Shown one piece after another: positions 41,747 to 54,482 of a DNA stretch of 64,000 nucleotides. Source of the DNA: Octopus vulgaris (Eukaryota); NCBI GenBank assembly GCA_951406725.2, contig OX597827.1, positions 64,790,001 to 64,854,000 on the forward strand, given 5' to 3'. The stretch's first letter is position 1. The number at the start of each line of letters is the position of its first letter. A program made the translations under genes and the position numbers. The notes beneath the pieces were generated by a model, which did no database searches, had not been told where the DNA came from, and saw only the letters and a program-made list of their open reading frames with translations.

Positions 41747-42967
41747 ATCGAGGTCTGTGTTCAACTGGTACTCATTTTATCGACCCTTGAAGGGTGAAAG
41801 GCAAAGTTGACATCTGCGGAATTGGAACTAAGAATCTAAAGACGAACAAAATGCCGGCGTCCTAATGATTCTGTCAGCCCACAGCCAAAATATGCAACTG
41901 ATATTGGTTGCAAATTTTGGTACAAGGCCAAGAATTTGGTGGGAGGCTGCTAGTCGATTACATCGGCCTCAGTATTCAACTGGTACTTCATTCATGGGCC
42001 TCCGAAAGGATGAAAAGCAAGGTAGACCTCGGCGGAATTTGAACCCAAACAGACGAAATGCCGCTAAGCATTTTGCCCGGCGTGATAACATTTTTGCCAG
42101 CTCATCGCCTCATACGCTGCAACAAAGTAACTTTTTGATCTGAAAAATTCACCGTGGCCTATACACCAAATCGGCTTTATGAACTGTGAGCGTGTATCAA
42201 ATTCACGTCACAAGGATTTGATTGACCTGGGGCTATCGTAGAAGACACTTTCCCAAAGTGCTGTGCAGTGGGATTGAAATCTAAAATGCGAGGTTGCAAA
42301 ATAAGCATTTTAACAACATAGCCGCCTAAGGTTGATTAATGTGTGACGATTAATATGAGTCAATATGAAAGCTAGTTATAAATACAAGCTAGGAGGTAAC
42401 TGTACTGAAGGGAAATTAGAAAAAACATAGGGGACAGGCATGGATTTATGATTATTAACATTGCTTCATGGTTCCCGATACAGTCCCATCGGGCGGCATA
42501 TTATTCTGGTATACCTTCGGGATGATCGATATCAATACGAATGGTATTTGGAACACAGTAACCGTTCGAGTCGAAAAAATTACCAATATATCCTGTCTTT
42601 ATTTCGTTCCCGAAATTGCTCATAAAGTATAGTTCTGTAATATTTTATAACTAAAGTTATATATTCTAATTTGCTTTCGGCTCCCAATACAAAAGTTTAT
42701 ACATACATACATACATACATACATACATACATACATAAATGCATACATAAATGCATGCATGCATACATACATACATACATACATACATACAAACAAACAT
42801 ACATACATACATAAATGCATACATACATACATACATACATAATTTATGTATGTGTTTATATATAGATGTATGTATATAAATATATATGTACATGACAGAA
42901 AGTTGAGCAGAGAATCTGTATCAAATTTTTCCAAATGTATTCATATATACACACACACATATACATA

Positions 42968-43019
<52 letters not shown>

Positions 43020-43083
43020 GTATATATATATATATATATACATATATCTCTCTATATTTATCTATATCTATCTATCTATCTAT

Positions 43084-43144
<61 letters not shown>

Positions 43145-43445
43145 ATTGGTAAGCTCATGTAAAGTGGTTTTAACAATTTAGTTGAACGCAGTTTTTCGGA
43201 GTGAATTGATTTGGTAAAAATCTCGTTAGAACAAATCGAGAGAACATATATATCTACTCGAGTCTCCGCCCTAATATCGATTGGACTTTCCAACTATCCT
43301 CGTCGCTTATGTAAACGTAAATGCAACATCATGTTATATTTCGGGCAGCATTTTGTTTTTACTCGAATTCATATTGTTTCGTTATTTATAACAGAAGTAT
43401 CATTTTGAACGATATTGTTAAATGAACGACGTGCAAATTGCGCGC
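41747..43445 (+). repeat. Left arm of a large inverted duplication
   Basis: Reverse complement of ~44783-46342 across SINE, unique and microsatellite sequence. Mirrored ORF pairs 41865/45946, 42620/45177 and 43211/44819. Confidence 0.95.
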
Positions 43446-43639
43446 GTTAATACTTTCATGCATACAAGCAAATGCACGCATGTGCGCGCACACGCACACA
43501 CATACACACATTATATTATATGGGTATGTGTCATTCTATGCCCAGCGGAAAATACTTAAATTTCTGTAACGATAATAAAAAAAAATGAGTGAAAAACGAA
43601 GAAAATGACACTAACAAGAGATTAGGATTAAAGGAAGAA

Positions 43640-43766
<127 letters not shown>

Positions 43767-44068
43767 AACAGCAGTGGCTGTGTGGTAAATAGCTTCCTTC
43801 ACAACCACACGCTTCCGTGTTCAGTCACGCTGCATGATACTTCGAGTAAGCGTTTTTTACTGCAGCCTTCGGTAAACCTCTCATAAGGATTTGGTAGATG
43901 AAAAGAAACACACACACAGACACACACAGGGCCAACTATATCCCTTTTGCTTCGGACCAGCCGTCACGATAACATCGATTTCTTCGTAAAGGCCTTATTT
44001 TTCAAATACGCTAGCTGAATTCAATTCGTCTCTGGTCGAAAGACGCATGTTGTTGTCCTGTTATTACT

Positions 44069-44146
<78 letters not shown>

Positions 44147-44641
44147 GAGTGAGAGAGCAGTGCATGCCATCAAAGTGACACTGGGGTAAAATATACGAAG
44201 CCCAATATACCCATCATGACTACCCGTCTGATAAGGGTACACCAGGCACATGCATCACAACCATATGTGCGCGACATGGTGATCTCATATTAAGATAAAC
44301 AGCACATGACCTTGCAGGTGGGGCCCAGTTAGAATTTTCTTCAGGTTGAGTAGCCCATCCCGCTCAAAAGGTCCCTGAATAAGGGTTGTTTAAGGATGTT
44401 GAAAGAACCACCCATGTTTCCAGAGGTGAATTATTCAAACCCCAAAGAATCCCTCTCAACACATGGCTATGATGCTCCCCCAATACTTCTGCTCGTGATC
44501 AGAGATGCACATATCGTCAGCCACTAAGGGACATGCTCAACTGGTTAAGGTCAAACAACTGACAAGCAAATCTGTGGTATTGAGCAGAATATTTGCTGTA
44601 GCTAATCTTTTATACCAAGACAAAACAATGTACATGATAAC
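44147..44641 (-). mobile_element. Unclassified ~500-bp non-coding repeat (family F) inserted in (TAA)n
   Basis: GC-balanced island flanked on both sides by (TTA)n. Partial second copy at 38021-38157. Strand is assigned only relative to that copy. Confidence 0.75.
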
Positions 44642-44666
44642 TTATTATTATTATTATTATTATTAC

Positions 44667-44697
<31 letters not shown>

Positions 44698-44782
44698 GTT
44701 TTTTGTAATTATATTCGTATTATCTTGTGACTGCGCATGCGCGAAAGTGTAACTGCGCCTGCACGAACGTGTGCGTGCGCAT

Positions 44783-45085
44783 GCGCGAATGTGCACGTCG
44801 TTCATTTAACAATATTGTTCAAAATGATACTTCTGTTATAAATAACGAAACGATATGAATTCGAGTAAAAACAAAATGCTGTTCCAAATATAACATGATG
44901 TTGCATTTACGTTTACATAAGCGACGAGGATAGTTGGAAAGTCCAATCGATATTAGGGCGGAGACTCGAGTAGATATATATGTTCTCTCGATTTGTTCTA
45001 ACGAGATTTTTACCAAATCAATTTACTCCGAAAAATTGCGTTCAACTAAATTGTTAAAACCACTTTACATGAGCTTACCAATAAC

Positions 45086-45141
<56 letters not shown>

Positions 45142-46342
45142 TATGTATATGTGTGTGTGTGTATATATGAATACATTTGGAAAAATTTGATACAGATTCT
45201 CTGCTCAACTTTCTGTCATGTACATATATATTTATATACATACATCTATATATACACACATACATAAATTATGTATGTATGTATGTATGTATATATGTAT
45301 GTATGTATGCATTTATGTATGTATGTATGTATGTATGTATGCATGCATGCATTGATGTATGCATTTATGTATGTATGTATGTATGTATGTATAAACTTTT
45401 GTATTGGGAGCCGAAAGCAAATTAGAATATATAACTTTAGTTATAAAATATTACAGAACTATACTTTATGAGCAATTTCGAGAACGAAATAAAGACAGGA
45501 TGTAATGGTAATTTTTTCGACTCGAACGGTTACTTTGTACCAAATTCCATTCGAATGATATCGATCATCCCGAAGGTATACCAGAATAATATGCCGCCCG
45601 ATGGGACTGTATCGGAAACCACGAAGCAATGTTAATAATCATAAATCCATACCTGTCCCCTATGTTTTTCTCATTTCCCTTCAGTACAGTTACCTCCTAG
45701 ATTGTATTTATTACTAGCTTTCATATTGACTCATATTAATCGTCACACATTAATCAACCTTAGGCGGCTATGTTGTTAAAAAGCTTATTTTGCAACCTCG
45801 CATTTTAGATTTCAATCCCGCTGCACGGCACTTTGGGAAAGTGTCTTCTACGATAGTCTCAGGTCAATCAAATCCGTGTGACGAGAACTTGGTACACGCT
45901 CACTGTTCATAAAGCCGATTTGGTGTATAGGCCACGGTGAATTTTTCAGATCAAAAAGTTACTTTGTTGCAGCGTATGAGGCGATGAGCTGGCAAAAACG
46001 TTATCACGCCGGGCAAAATGTTTAGCGGCATTTCGTCTGTTTGGGTTCAAATTCCGCCGAGGTCTACCTTGCCTTTCATCCTTTCGGAGGCCCATGAATG
46101 AAGTACCAGTTGAATACTGAGGCCGATGTAATCGACTAGCAGCCTCCCACCAAATTCTTGGCCTTGTGCCAAAATTTGCAACCAATATTAGTTGCATATT
46201 TTGGCTGTGGGCTGACAGAATCATTAGGTCGCCGGCATTTTGTTCGTCTTTAGATTCTTAGTTCAAATTCCGCAGATGTCAACTTTGCCTTTCACCCTTT
46301 TAGGGTCGATAAAATGAGTACTAGTTGAACACAGACCTCGAT
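44783..46342 (-). repeat. Right arm of a large inverted duplication
   Basis: Ends ..gttgaacacagacctcgat, the reverse complement of atcgaggtctgtgttcaac at 41747. Scattered substitutions and different microsatellite lengths between arms. Confidence 0.95.
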
Positions 46343-46362
46343 ATATATATATATATATATAT

Positions 46363-46400
46363 TCTTTCTGTTGAAGAGCTTCAGCCCGAAACGTAAAAGA
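46363..46400 (+). ncRNA. Minimal type I hammerhead-like motif at the start of a short element (46362-46492)
   Basis: UCUUU-CUGUUGA-A-GAGC(UUCA)GCCC-GAAA-CGU-A-AAAGA. 5-bp stem I, A6 replaced by U, palindromic ACGU stem III. Follows (TA)n. Confidence 0.6.
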
Positions 46401-46499
46401 ATACAATTTTTCTTGAGCCTCAAACTAATACAATTGATTGTTGTTGTTCATACACCTGTTATCGTCTTTGTGTTTCTATAAATTTCAACTATATATGTG

Positions 46500-46730
46500 T
46501 GTGTGTATGCTGCTCGCGCGCGTATGTGTATGTTTGTGTGTCTGCTTTTGTCCCCCTACCAATGTTGGCCTGTCTACGTCCCCCGTAACTTAGCGGTTCG
46601 GCAAAAGATACCAATAGAATAAGTACTACGCTTACAAATAATAAGTTCAGGGGTCGATTTTTCGACTAAAAGGCGGTGCTCCAGCACAGCCGTAGGCAAA
46701 TGACTGAAACATATAAGGAATAAAAGAATA
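46500..46730 (+). mobile_element. SINE family A, 3' half
   Basis: cgtccccgtaacttagcggttcggcaaaagatacc...aaggcggtgctccagca. Confidence 0.85.
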
Positions 46731-46760
46731 TACAAATTCTAAAACTAATAAAAAATACAT

Positions 46761-46846
46761 TACAGTACTGTTTCTACTTCACGGCTTTTCACGTATCGCG
46801 GGTTTTTTTGGAACGTAATTCCCGTGACTGTCCAGGGATTATTGTA
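46761..46846 (-). mobile_element. pogo/Tigger-like MITE fragment
   Basis: Minus strand TA-caataatccctggacagtcacgggaattacgttcc.., resembling CAGT-starting pogo/Tigger TIRs. Both ends are TA. Confidence 0.45.
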
Positions 46847-47398
46847 CTACGCTTACAAATGAGGCCGAGGTGCGATTTTTTGACTAGAAACCCTCTAAGG
46901 AGGTGCCCCAGTATGGCCGCAGTCAAATGACTGAGAGAAGCAAGCGGTATAGCAAAGCCGTCTCCCAATTAAAACATTGCTCTAAGGCTCCGAGCTGGCA
47001 GAATCCTTTTGCGCACCGGACAAATTGTTAAGCATCATTTCATCCGACTTTTCGTTCTGCGTCCAAATTTCAAAGAGGACGACTTTGCCTTCCGTCCCCT
47101 TGAGGAACGATAAAATTAGTAGCGGTTGAGGACTGGGGTGGATATAAACGACGTACTCCCTGCCACTGTCTTTGTGTCAAAATATGAAATCGATTAAAAC
47201 CTTGCTCAGGAAGAAGTCGGACACTACTTAAAATTGAAGATTTGAAAAGGAACAACGCAACACACGAGCATGAAATAAATAAATAAATTAATCAAATTAA
47301 ATCCAATCAAATAAATAAAGTAATTAAATAAATAAAATGACACCTGAACCAAAACAGAAATTCAATATAGGAATTTTTGTAAGTTGACAAACCATAAG

Positions 47399-47477
47399 CA
47401 AATATGGCGGCGGCAAACGAAATATGTTAAATCTTGCGTATTCAAATTTGCATAGGAATAATGAGAAACGAAAGCCA
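47399..47477 (+). repeat. ~80-bp inverted repeat, left copy
   Basis: caaatatggcggcggcaaacgaaatatgttaaatcttgcgtattcaaatttgcataggaataatgagaaacgaaagcca. Its reverse complement lies at 49447-49525 with one visible mismatch. Confidence 0.93.
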
Positions 47478-47559
47478 CATATATATATATATATGTAGGT
47501 CCCGGGTTGATTCGGGGTTAACCACAGTAAATAAGGTACTCAATACATAGCAGAGTAAA

Positions 47560-47820
<261 letters not shown>

Positions 47821-48137
47821 AAATTTACACATTTACATCTCTTATTTCTTTCCATACATTTTAAACAAACCAGGCACATATTCTCTACAACTACATCATA
47901 ATAGTACAATACTGTAATGTAATCAAGACTAAGTTACGTAACATAATTTACTCGGAATGAAGTCTATACAATCAACAGTGAATTAACGATAGCATGTGTC
48001 ATCCGGTACATGTTCTTGATTATCTCACTCCCACTGTAATTAATAAAAGACAAAACTGCGCGCACAAGATCACCACACTGCAATTGAAGACTCAATGAAA
48101 TACTTTATAAAGTTACTGAAAGAAATGTCAACAGCAG

Positions 48138-48258
48138 TGGAGGCGCAATGACACAGTGGTCAGGTCAGGACAGCGGACTCGCGGTCGTAAGAAAGCGGTT
48201 TCGATTCCCAGACCGGGCATTGTGAGTGTTTATTGAGCAAAATCACCTAAGCTCCGTG
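48138..48258 (+). mobile_element. SINE family C head
   Basis: tggaggcgcaatgacacagtgg...ggactcgcggtcg..ggtttcgattcccagaccgggcattgtgagtgtttattgagc. Confidence 0.85.
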
Positions 48259-48324
48259 GGTGTGCACGCGCATTTATTTTTCTGTATAGAAAATAGGTAT
48301 ATAAATATCCCATTTTTTTCAAGA

Positions 48325-48835
48325 AGCATCGAGAGTATTCGAGCGATTACAAGCGGTGCTGTTTTCCGCAAGTGCTCCACCCTTATTGCAGCGCCTATTT
48401 GTTTCATGTACTTCTCCAGAATTTTGCTCACTGTTCCCAGGGCTCAGACAATTATTGGTACTACAGCTACCTTTTTGTCTTACGTCCGGCTTCCTATTCT
48501 CACTCTCATGGTCACATTGAATCATAAAATCCCATAGGATCTTTCCATTTCTGTTTTCGACAATGCCTTCCGGTTTGTGGTCGTACCAATTTTTGGCTCT
48601 GTCAAGTCCAAACATGCTGCAAAGTGTCCAATGGACAAGCCTGGTTATATTGTCGTGGTGTCTCTTATATTCCTTCTGAGCTAGTGGCGTACATTGGCTG
48701 ATACTATGCCATACGGTTTCACCGTTTTGTTCATAGATTCTGCACTTATCACTTTCTGATGTGTTGTCTATTCTGTATTTTATGTAGTTTGCTTTTAGTG
48801 CTTGCTCTTGGGCAGCACAGATTAAAGCCTCCGTC
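48325..48835 (-). mobile_element. R4/Dong-like LINE 3' fragment (CCHC + RLE)
   Basis: TEALICAAQEQAL..DKCRI..ETVWH.ISQCTPLAQKEYKRHHD..KILWDF.IQCD..NRKPD. Its 5' end abuts (TAA)n. Confidence 0.9.
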
Positions 48836-48920
48836 ACCGGTTTTATTATTATTATTATTGTAATACTGATACACTACCAGCGACATGACAGTCGCTGGTA
48901 CTGTATCAGGGCATTTATTA

Positions 48921-48997
<77 letters not shown>

Positions 48998-49045
48998 GTT
49001 GCTGTTATAGTTTTTGTTGCTTTTGTCATCATGATCATCATCATT

Positions 49046-49083
<38 letters not shown>

Positions 49084-49141
49084 TCTCACCATCAGCATCG
49101 TTCTTCTTCTTCTTCTTCTTCTTCTTCTTCTTCTTCTTCTT

Positions 49142-49215
<74 letters not shown>

Positions 49216-49446
49216 CATCATTCATATTGTTTTTCTACTTCTGCTGTTCAGTTCTCACAGTGGTTCCCATATGGTGGGAACCACATGCTCTAGTGAATAA
49301 GCAGTAGAAGGCTTTTTTGATTAGATATTAGAACAGTTTCAAATGGCTGACGCCATTAATGTCCTCGGGAGAGATGTGAATTTTATATCCAAGCATTCAA
49401 ATCAGCCTTCATGCGTATGGAATATATATATATATATATATATATA

Positions 49447-49525
49447 TGGCTTTCGTTTCTCATTATTCCTATGCAAATATGAATACGCAAGATTTAACAT
49501 ATTTCGTTTGCCGCCGCCATATTTG
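49447..49525 (-). repeat. ~80-bp inverted repeat, right copy
   Basis: Reverse complement of 47399-47477. Confidence 0.93.
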
Positions 49526-49705
49526 TTTACGTGTGTGCACATATAAGAAGGCAGGCGTTCGTGCGCGTTCATAATGGTACGTTTTTGGGGATGTACTTAT
49601 CTGTACATATATATACACACATACACACACGCAAACACACACACATGCATATACATATATATCTGTGTGTGTACCTATATATTTATATATAAATCTGTGT
49701 ATACA

Positions 49706-49800
<95 letters not shown>

Positions 49801-50047
49801 TTATACATTTATATATATATATTATATGTCTGTACCTATATATTTATGTACATATCTATATATTCGTATGTGTATACATACTATATGTATGTGTTTATGC
49901 ATACTTATGTATGTTTATATACATATACATGTATACACATATGTGTGTATATATATATATATGTATTATATATACTTACATACACACACACACATATATA
50001 TATAGGGATATATATGTGCTTATATACATATATGTGTGTGTATGTAA

Positions 50048-50410
50048 AGGCGCAGGCGTGGCTTTGTGGTAAGAAGTTTGCTTCCCAACCACATTGTTCT
50101 GAGTTAAGTTCCGGACAAGTGTTTTCTACTATAGCATCGGACCGACCAAAACCTTGTGTGTGGATTTGTTAGAAGGAAATTGAAAGAAGCCTGCTGTATA
50201 TATTTACGTGTTTGTGTCAGTGTTTGGCCGTCCACCATCGCTTGTCAACCGACCTTGATCTGTTTACCTCCCCGTAACATAGCCGTTCGGCAAAAGAGAC
50301 CGATAGGATAAGTACTAGGCTTACAAAGAATAAATGCAGAGGTTGATTTCTTCGACTAGAAGCCCGTGCTGCAGCGTGCCACAGCTAAAATGACTGAAAC
50401 ACGTGAAAGA
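50048..50410 (+). mobile_element. SINE family A
   Basis: Diverged near full-length copy. Confidence 0.85.
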
Positions 50411-50419
50411 ATATGTATG

Positions 50420-50473
<54 letters not shown>

Positions 50474-50490
50474 TATATATGCCAGAAGGC

Positions 50491-50535
<45 letters not shown>

Positions 50536-50772
50536 TGATTTAATTACGTACTATCAGGGCAGAATGCATATAAAACACGACCTGTTGCGATCAGAATGCT
50601 CAACAACGGAGCAATGGTGAGTTTACATATATTACATCCGATAAATGGAAACTTTTACGTTGCATTTCGGGAGAGGAAAAGTTTTTTCGAATAAAATTAA
50701 TAGACAACTACTAAGGAAATAAAAGAAATTGTCAGTAGATAGCGTAAAACTCATAGAAAAATTTCGAAAATA

Positions 50773-50818
<46 letters not shown>

Positions 50819-51440
50819 ACTCTTATACAAACATATATATATAATTTACATGATACAAAGATCAATATTCTTGTTTACGAAGGAGAAAGAAGGAAAAAGA
50901 AACACACATTTAAGCATTACTATTTCTCTCTTCAATAAATAATACATGCCGCTAACAAAAGTAAATATGGCGTAAACAATGTCATTTATCAGAGAGGAAG
51001 GGGTGGTGACCAATGCGAGAAGGTAGGTGAGCGGGAGAAAGAGAGAGAAAGAGAGTGAGAAAGAGAGTGAGGGGGGGAGAGGACAAAAATGTGTAGAAGG
51101 AGAGAGGGACAGTGAAGGAGGAAGGGATTGGACAAGTGAAGATGAGGGGTTGGAAGCAGGGTGGGTGAGAGATCAGGTAATATTGAAATGCGGTAAGAAA
51201 GCATGGGACTGTAATTGGCAGATAAAATTTTAAATACACACACATTCACACGCACGCACACGCATATACACACACACACACGCATACACACATGCACACG
51301 CGCATATATATATTTATATATATACACATACATAAATATATATAAGCAAATAAATACACACATAAGTATAATTAAAGATACGTATGTCTTTATATATATA
51401 TGTACATATATATTATATATACACACATATATATATATAC

Positions 51441-51489
<49 letters not shown>

Positions 51490-51528
51490 AATGTATATGT
51501 ATATATGCATGTACATACATACACACAC

Positions 51529-51597
<69 letters not shown>

Positions 51598-51605
51598 ATA
51601 TCAAA

Positions 51606-51657
51606 TAAATTGAATATTTGGTAAATTGAATATTTGGTAAATTGAATATTTGGTAAA
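51606..51657. repeat. 16-bp tandem repeat x3
   Basis: (taaattgaatatttgg)3. Confidence 0.9.
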
Positions 51658-52149
51658 CCTAAAGAGAGAAAAAAAAAAAAATGTTAGTTGCTGCCCAGTA
51701 ACAGAAAACGTGTTTAACGAAGCCAGACTATGCAATTTGCGTTTGGACCACTGGTTTAACTACATCAAGAACAGCAAGAATTGTATTTAAGAAGAAGAAA
51801 CAGCAGCAGAAACAGCGGCAACAGGTAACAGCGGACCAATGATTAACAAATCTAAACGATCGCTTATTCGAGGAAATTAAGGGAAAGTTTCCCTCAAATC
51901 AGTTGGAAGGAAAGGAAAGAAAAGGAAAGAGCGGCAAACCAGAGCGGAAAACAAGTCGGACTCTCCGATGTATTCTTCAATGTCTTCCTCTAAAATACCC
52001 TGTAAATAAGGCGTTGTAGTTTTGTCCCAGATTAGGCACCCAGCAAGCAGCATCAGCAGTAGTCGTAGCAGCAGTCGAAGTTGTAGTAGTAGTAGTAGTG
52101 TCGCAAGTAAGAGTAATAATGATAATAATAGTGGTTGTGGTCGTAATAT

Positions 52150-52380
52150 ATTTCTTTACTACCCACAAGGGGCTAAACACAGAGGGGACAAACAAGGACA
52201 GACAAACGGATTAAGTCGACTACATCGACCCAGTGCGCAACTAATACTTAATCCATCGACCCCGAAAGGATGAAAGGCAAAGTTGACCTCGGCGGAACTC
52301 GAACCCAGAACGCAACGGCAGACGAAACACGGCCACACACCTCGCCCGGCGCGCCAACGTTTCTGCCAGCTCACCGCCTT
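52150..52380 (-). mobile_element. SINE family B monomer (tail A)
   Basis: Full head-to-tail copy. Confidence 0.9.
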
Positions 52381-53107
52381 GGTTGTAATAGAAGTGGTAG
52401 TGTGAGTGGTAGTAGAAAGAGGAGGCACAAATAAAAAAGGACCCGTTACATTAGAACTCCAGTAACTGACTTGTCAATTAAAGGGATCATGTCATCGACC
52501 AACGACTTCACCACAATCTGTTCCTAAATTAGAAATCATAGTTATCCTCCTTCTCCTCCTCCTCTCCCCCTCCTCATCCTCCTCCTCATCCTCATCATCA
52601 TTACCATCACTATCGTCATCATGTAGAACCTCAGAAAAAATGCCTTGTTTGTTTTGTTACTGCCCTTTACGTTTTGAGCTTCCTTAATATTTTTCTGAAA
52701 ACATGGCATCGAAATTTTTTTTGCAAAAATCCAGTAAGACCGAAAATTAATAGAGCTACCTTGGCTGTTCACACAATAGCGGGTTTCGTACCTATCGTTC
52801 GCGGTTGGATCACTGCAATGTTGAATTTGCAGTCACACCTATAGGTGGTTAGAGTGAACGGTCGACTAATGTTGAATCCCGAGTCTCATCCAGAGACCTC
52901 AAGTGTCAACAAGTTAGAAGTTTAAGGTGGTGTTATGACTAGTGTGCCATATATTTGGTTTTGCACAGAGTATTATTCTAAAGCCTATCAAAACACAAGA
53001 AATTGAAAAGGTTGTTCTAAATATAACTTAGAATAACTTAGAAAGGTTTTTGGCCAGTATTGGCCCAGGCCATGTCTAACTTAATAGCACCACCTATAAT
53101 TTGATGA

Positions 53108-53713
53108 TATAGATGTTTTCGATCTAGTTTGGATTTAAATTTGAATTCTTCGCAATCAAATTTGAATTTTTTGCAATCAAATTTGAATTGTTCAATTGGT
53201 GCTCAAGCCTTGGATAAAAAAAGAGAGTTAAACTACATCAGCCGTAAGGGAATAGATGTCTATGTTATCTAATTCGTCCAGTAGAGCCCGCCAATTGATA
53301 TCTGAAAATTTTGATGAAATAACTCATGAACACTGCGATAGCTTCTACCAAAACATGCTCCGTTACTGTCGACCGGTCTGAACAAGGGGAGATAATAAAC
53401 GAATGATTCTTTTTCTATTATCTCCCCTTGTTCATGCTGGTCGACGTAACGTAGTATCTTTTGGTAGAAGCAATCGCAGTGTTCATGAGATATTTCATCG
53501 AACTTTTCAGATATCAATTGGTGGGCTCTACTGAACGAGTTAGATAAGATAGACATATATTCCCTTACGGCTGATGTAGTTTAACTCTCTTCTTTTTTTC
53601 AAGGCTTCAGCACCAATTGAAAAATTCAAATTTGATTGCAAAGAATTCAAATTTGATTGCAAAGAATTCAAATTTGATGGCAAAGTATCCAAATTAGATC
53701 GAAAACATCTATA
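53108..53713. mobile_element. ~600-bp foldback / palindromic MITE-like element
   Basis: Starts tatagatgttttcgatc and ends gatcgaaaacatctata. The arms pair imperfectly all the way to a centre near 53404. ~20-bp subterminal tandem repeats (aatttgaattctttgcaatc-like) in each arm. Confidence 0.9.
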
Positions 53714-53799
53714 AGATAATTGTGTGATCTTAAGATGACAGTAAAAAATGTTTGCTAGTATGGATATATAAAGTACTTTGGAAAATATTTACAGATAAA

Positions 53800-54135
53800 A
53801 ATGCTTTGGGGAATACACAGACAATATTTTTTGTAGGGTATGAGCAGCTTCCATGAGCACTATTTTTTGAATTCCTACCATATTTGACCTCTTGGTATAT
53901 TAGACATGTAGCGATCAGCCCTTTTGCTATCATTCCTAGGGTACCTATGACAACAGGTATTGTTTTAATCTTGATGTGCAATATTTTACCGATTTCTATT
54001 TTAGGGTCTTCATTATTTGCTCAGTGTCTGGTAGGTATTGACAGATACGTTTATGTCGATTGGCACAGTGAGGCCAATGAGGAGGCATGATTTTTGTCTC
54101 AAATCCTTCAACATAATGTCTGGCCAATTTGCATC
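53800..54135 (-). mobile_element. R4/Dong-like LINE C-terminal remnant
   Basis: NWPDIM..KIEIGK..IKTIPVVIGTLGMI..QKIVLMEAAHTL. Confidence 0.75.
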
Positions 54136-54394
54136 TATCTTTCTGCCAGTTTGAGCAACTAATCTCCAAAGGAGAGAAATGTGGTCATTTCAAGCACTAG
54201 AGGTGGTTTGTGCTCTCAGCGTTTTTTTAAGATTTTTTATCATGGATCAGGTCCAGATCTTTGCAAATTACTCATTGAATATATTATCCCGCGTATAATT
54301 CCTGTTCAGATTATTATTATCTTGACTCAAGAGTGGATTCACTCCTGTTAGTGGGTAAGTATGTGTAAAAGGAAAAATATCCACAATTTAAATA

Positions 54395-54482
54395 AACCAT
54401 CAAGTGCTCAAAATCCTTCTCATGATCTTTTCAGGACCTACGAGGCAAACATTCTGTAGAAGTCCCACAGGTCATTCCAAAT
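54395..54482 (-). mobile_element. RLE-LINE extreme C-terminal fragment
   Basis: LLQNVCLVGPEKIMRRILST* resembles the LQK.CLLGTA.I.RR.L terminus. Confidence 0.45.

Noticed and set aside
41865-42143. Recurring ORF-like peptides such as [19 protein letters not shown]
   Set aside because: These are antisense translations of SINE family B, not a gene family.
43211-43408. Duplicated 65-aa ORF (also 44819-45016)
   Set aside because: The duplication is explained by the inverted repeat. It has a non-ATG start and no recognisable domain.
52680-53100. Possible decayed retroelement coding sequence
   Set aside because: I could not recover any convincing motif by manual translation.
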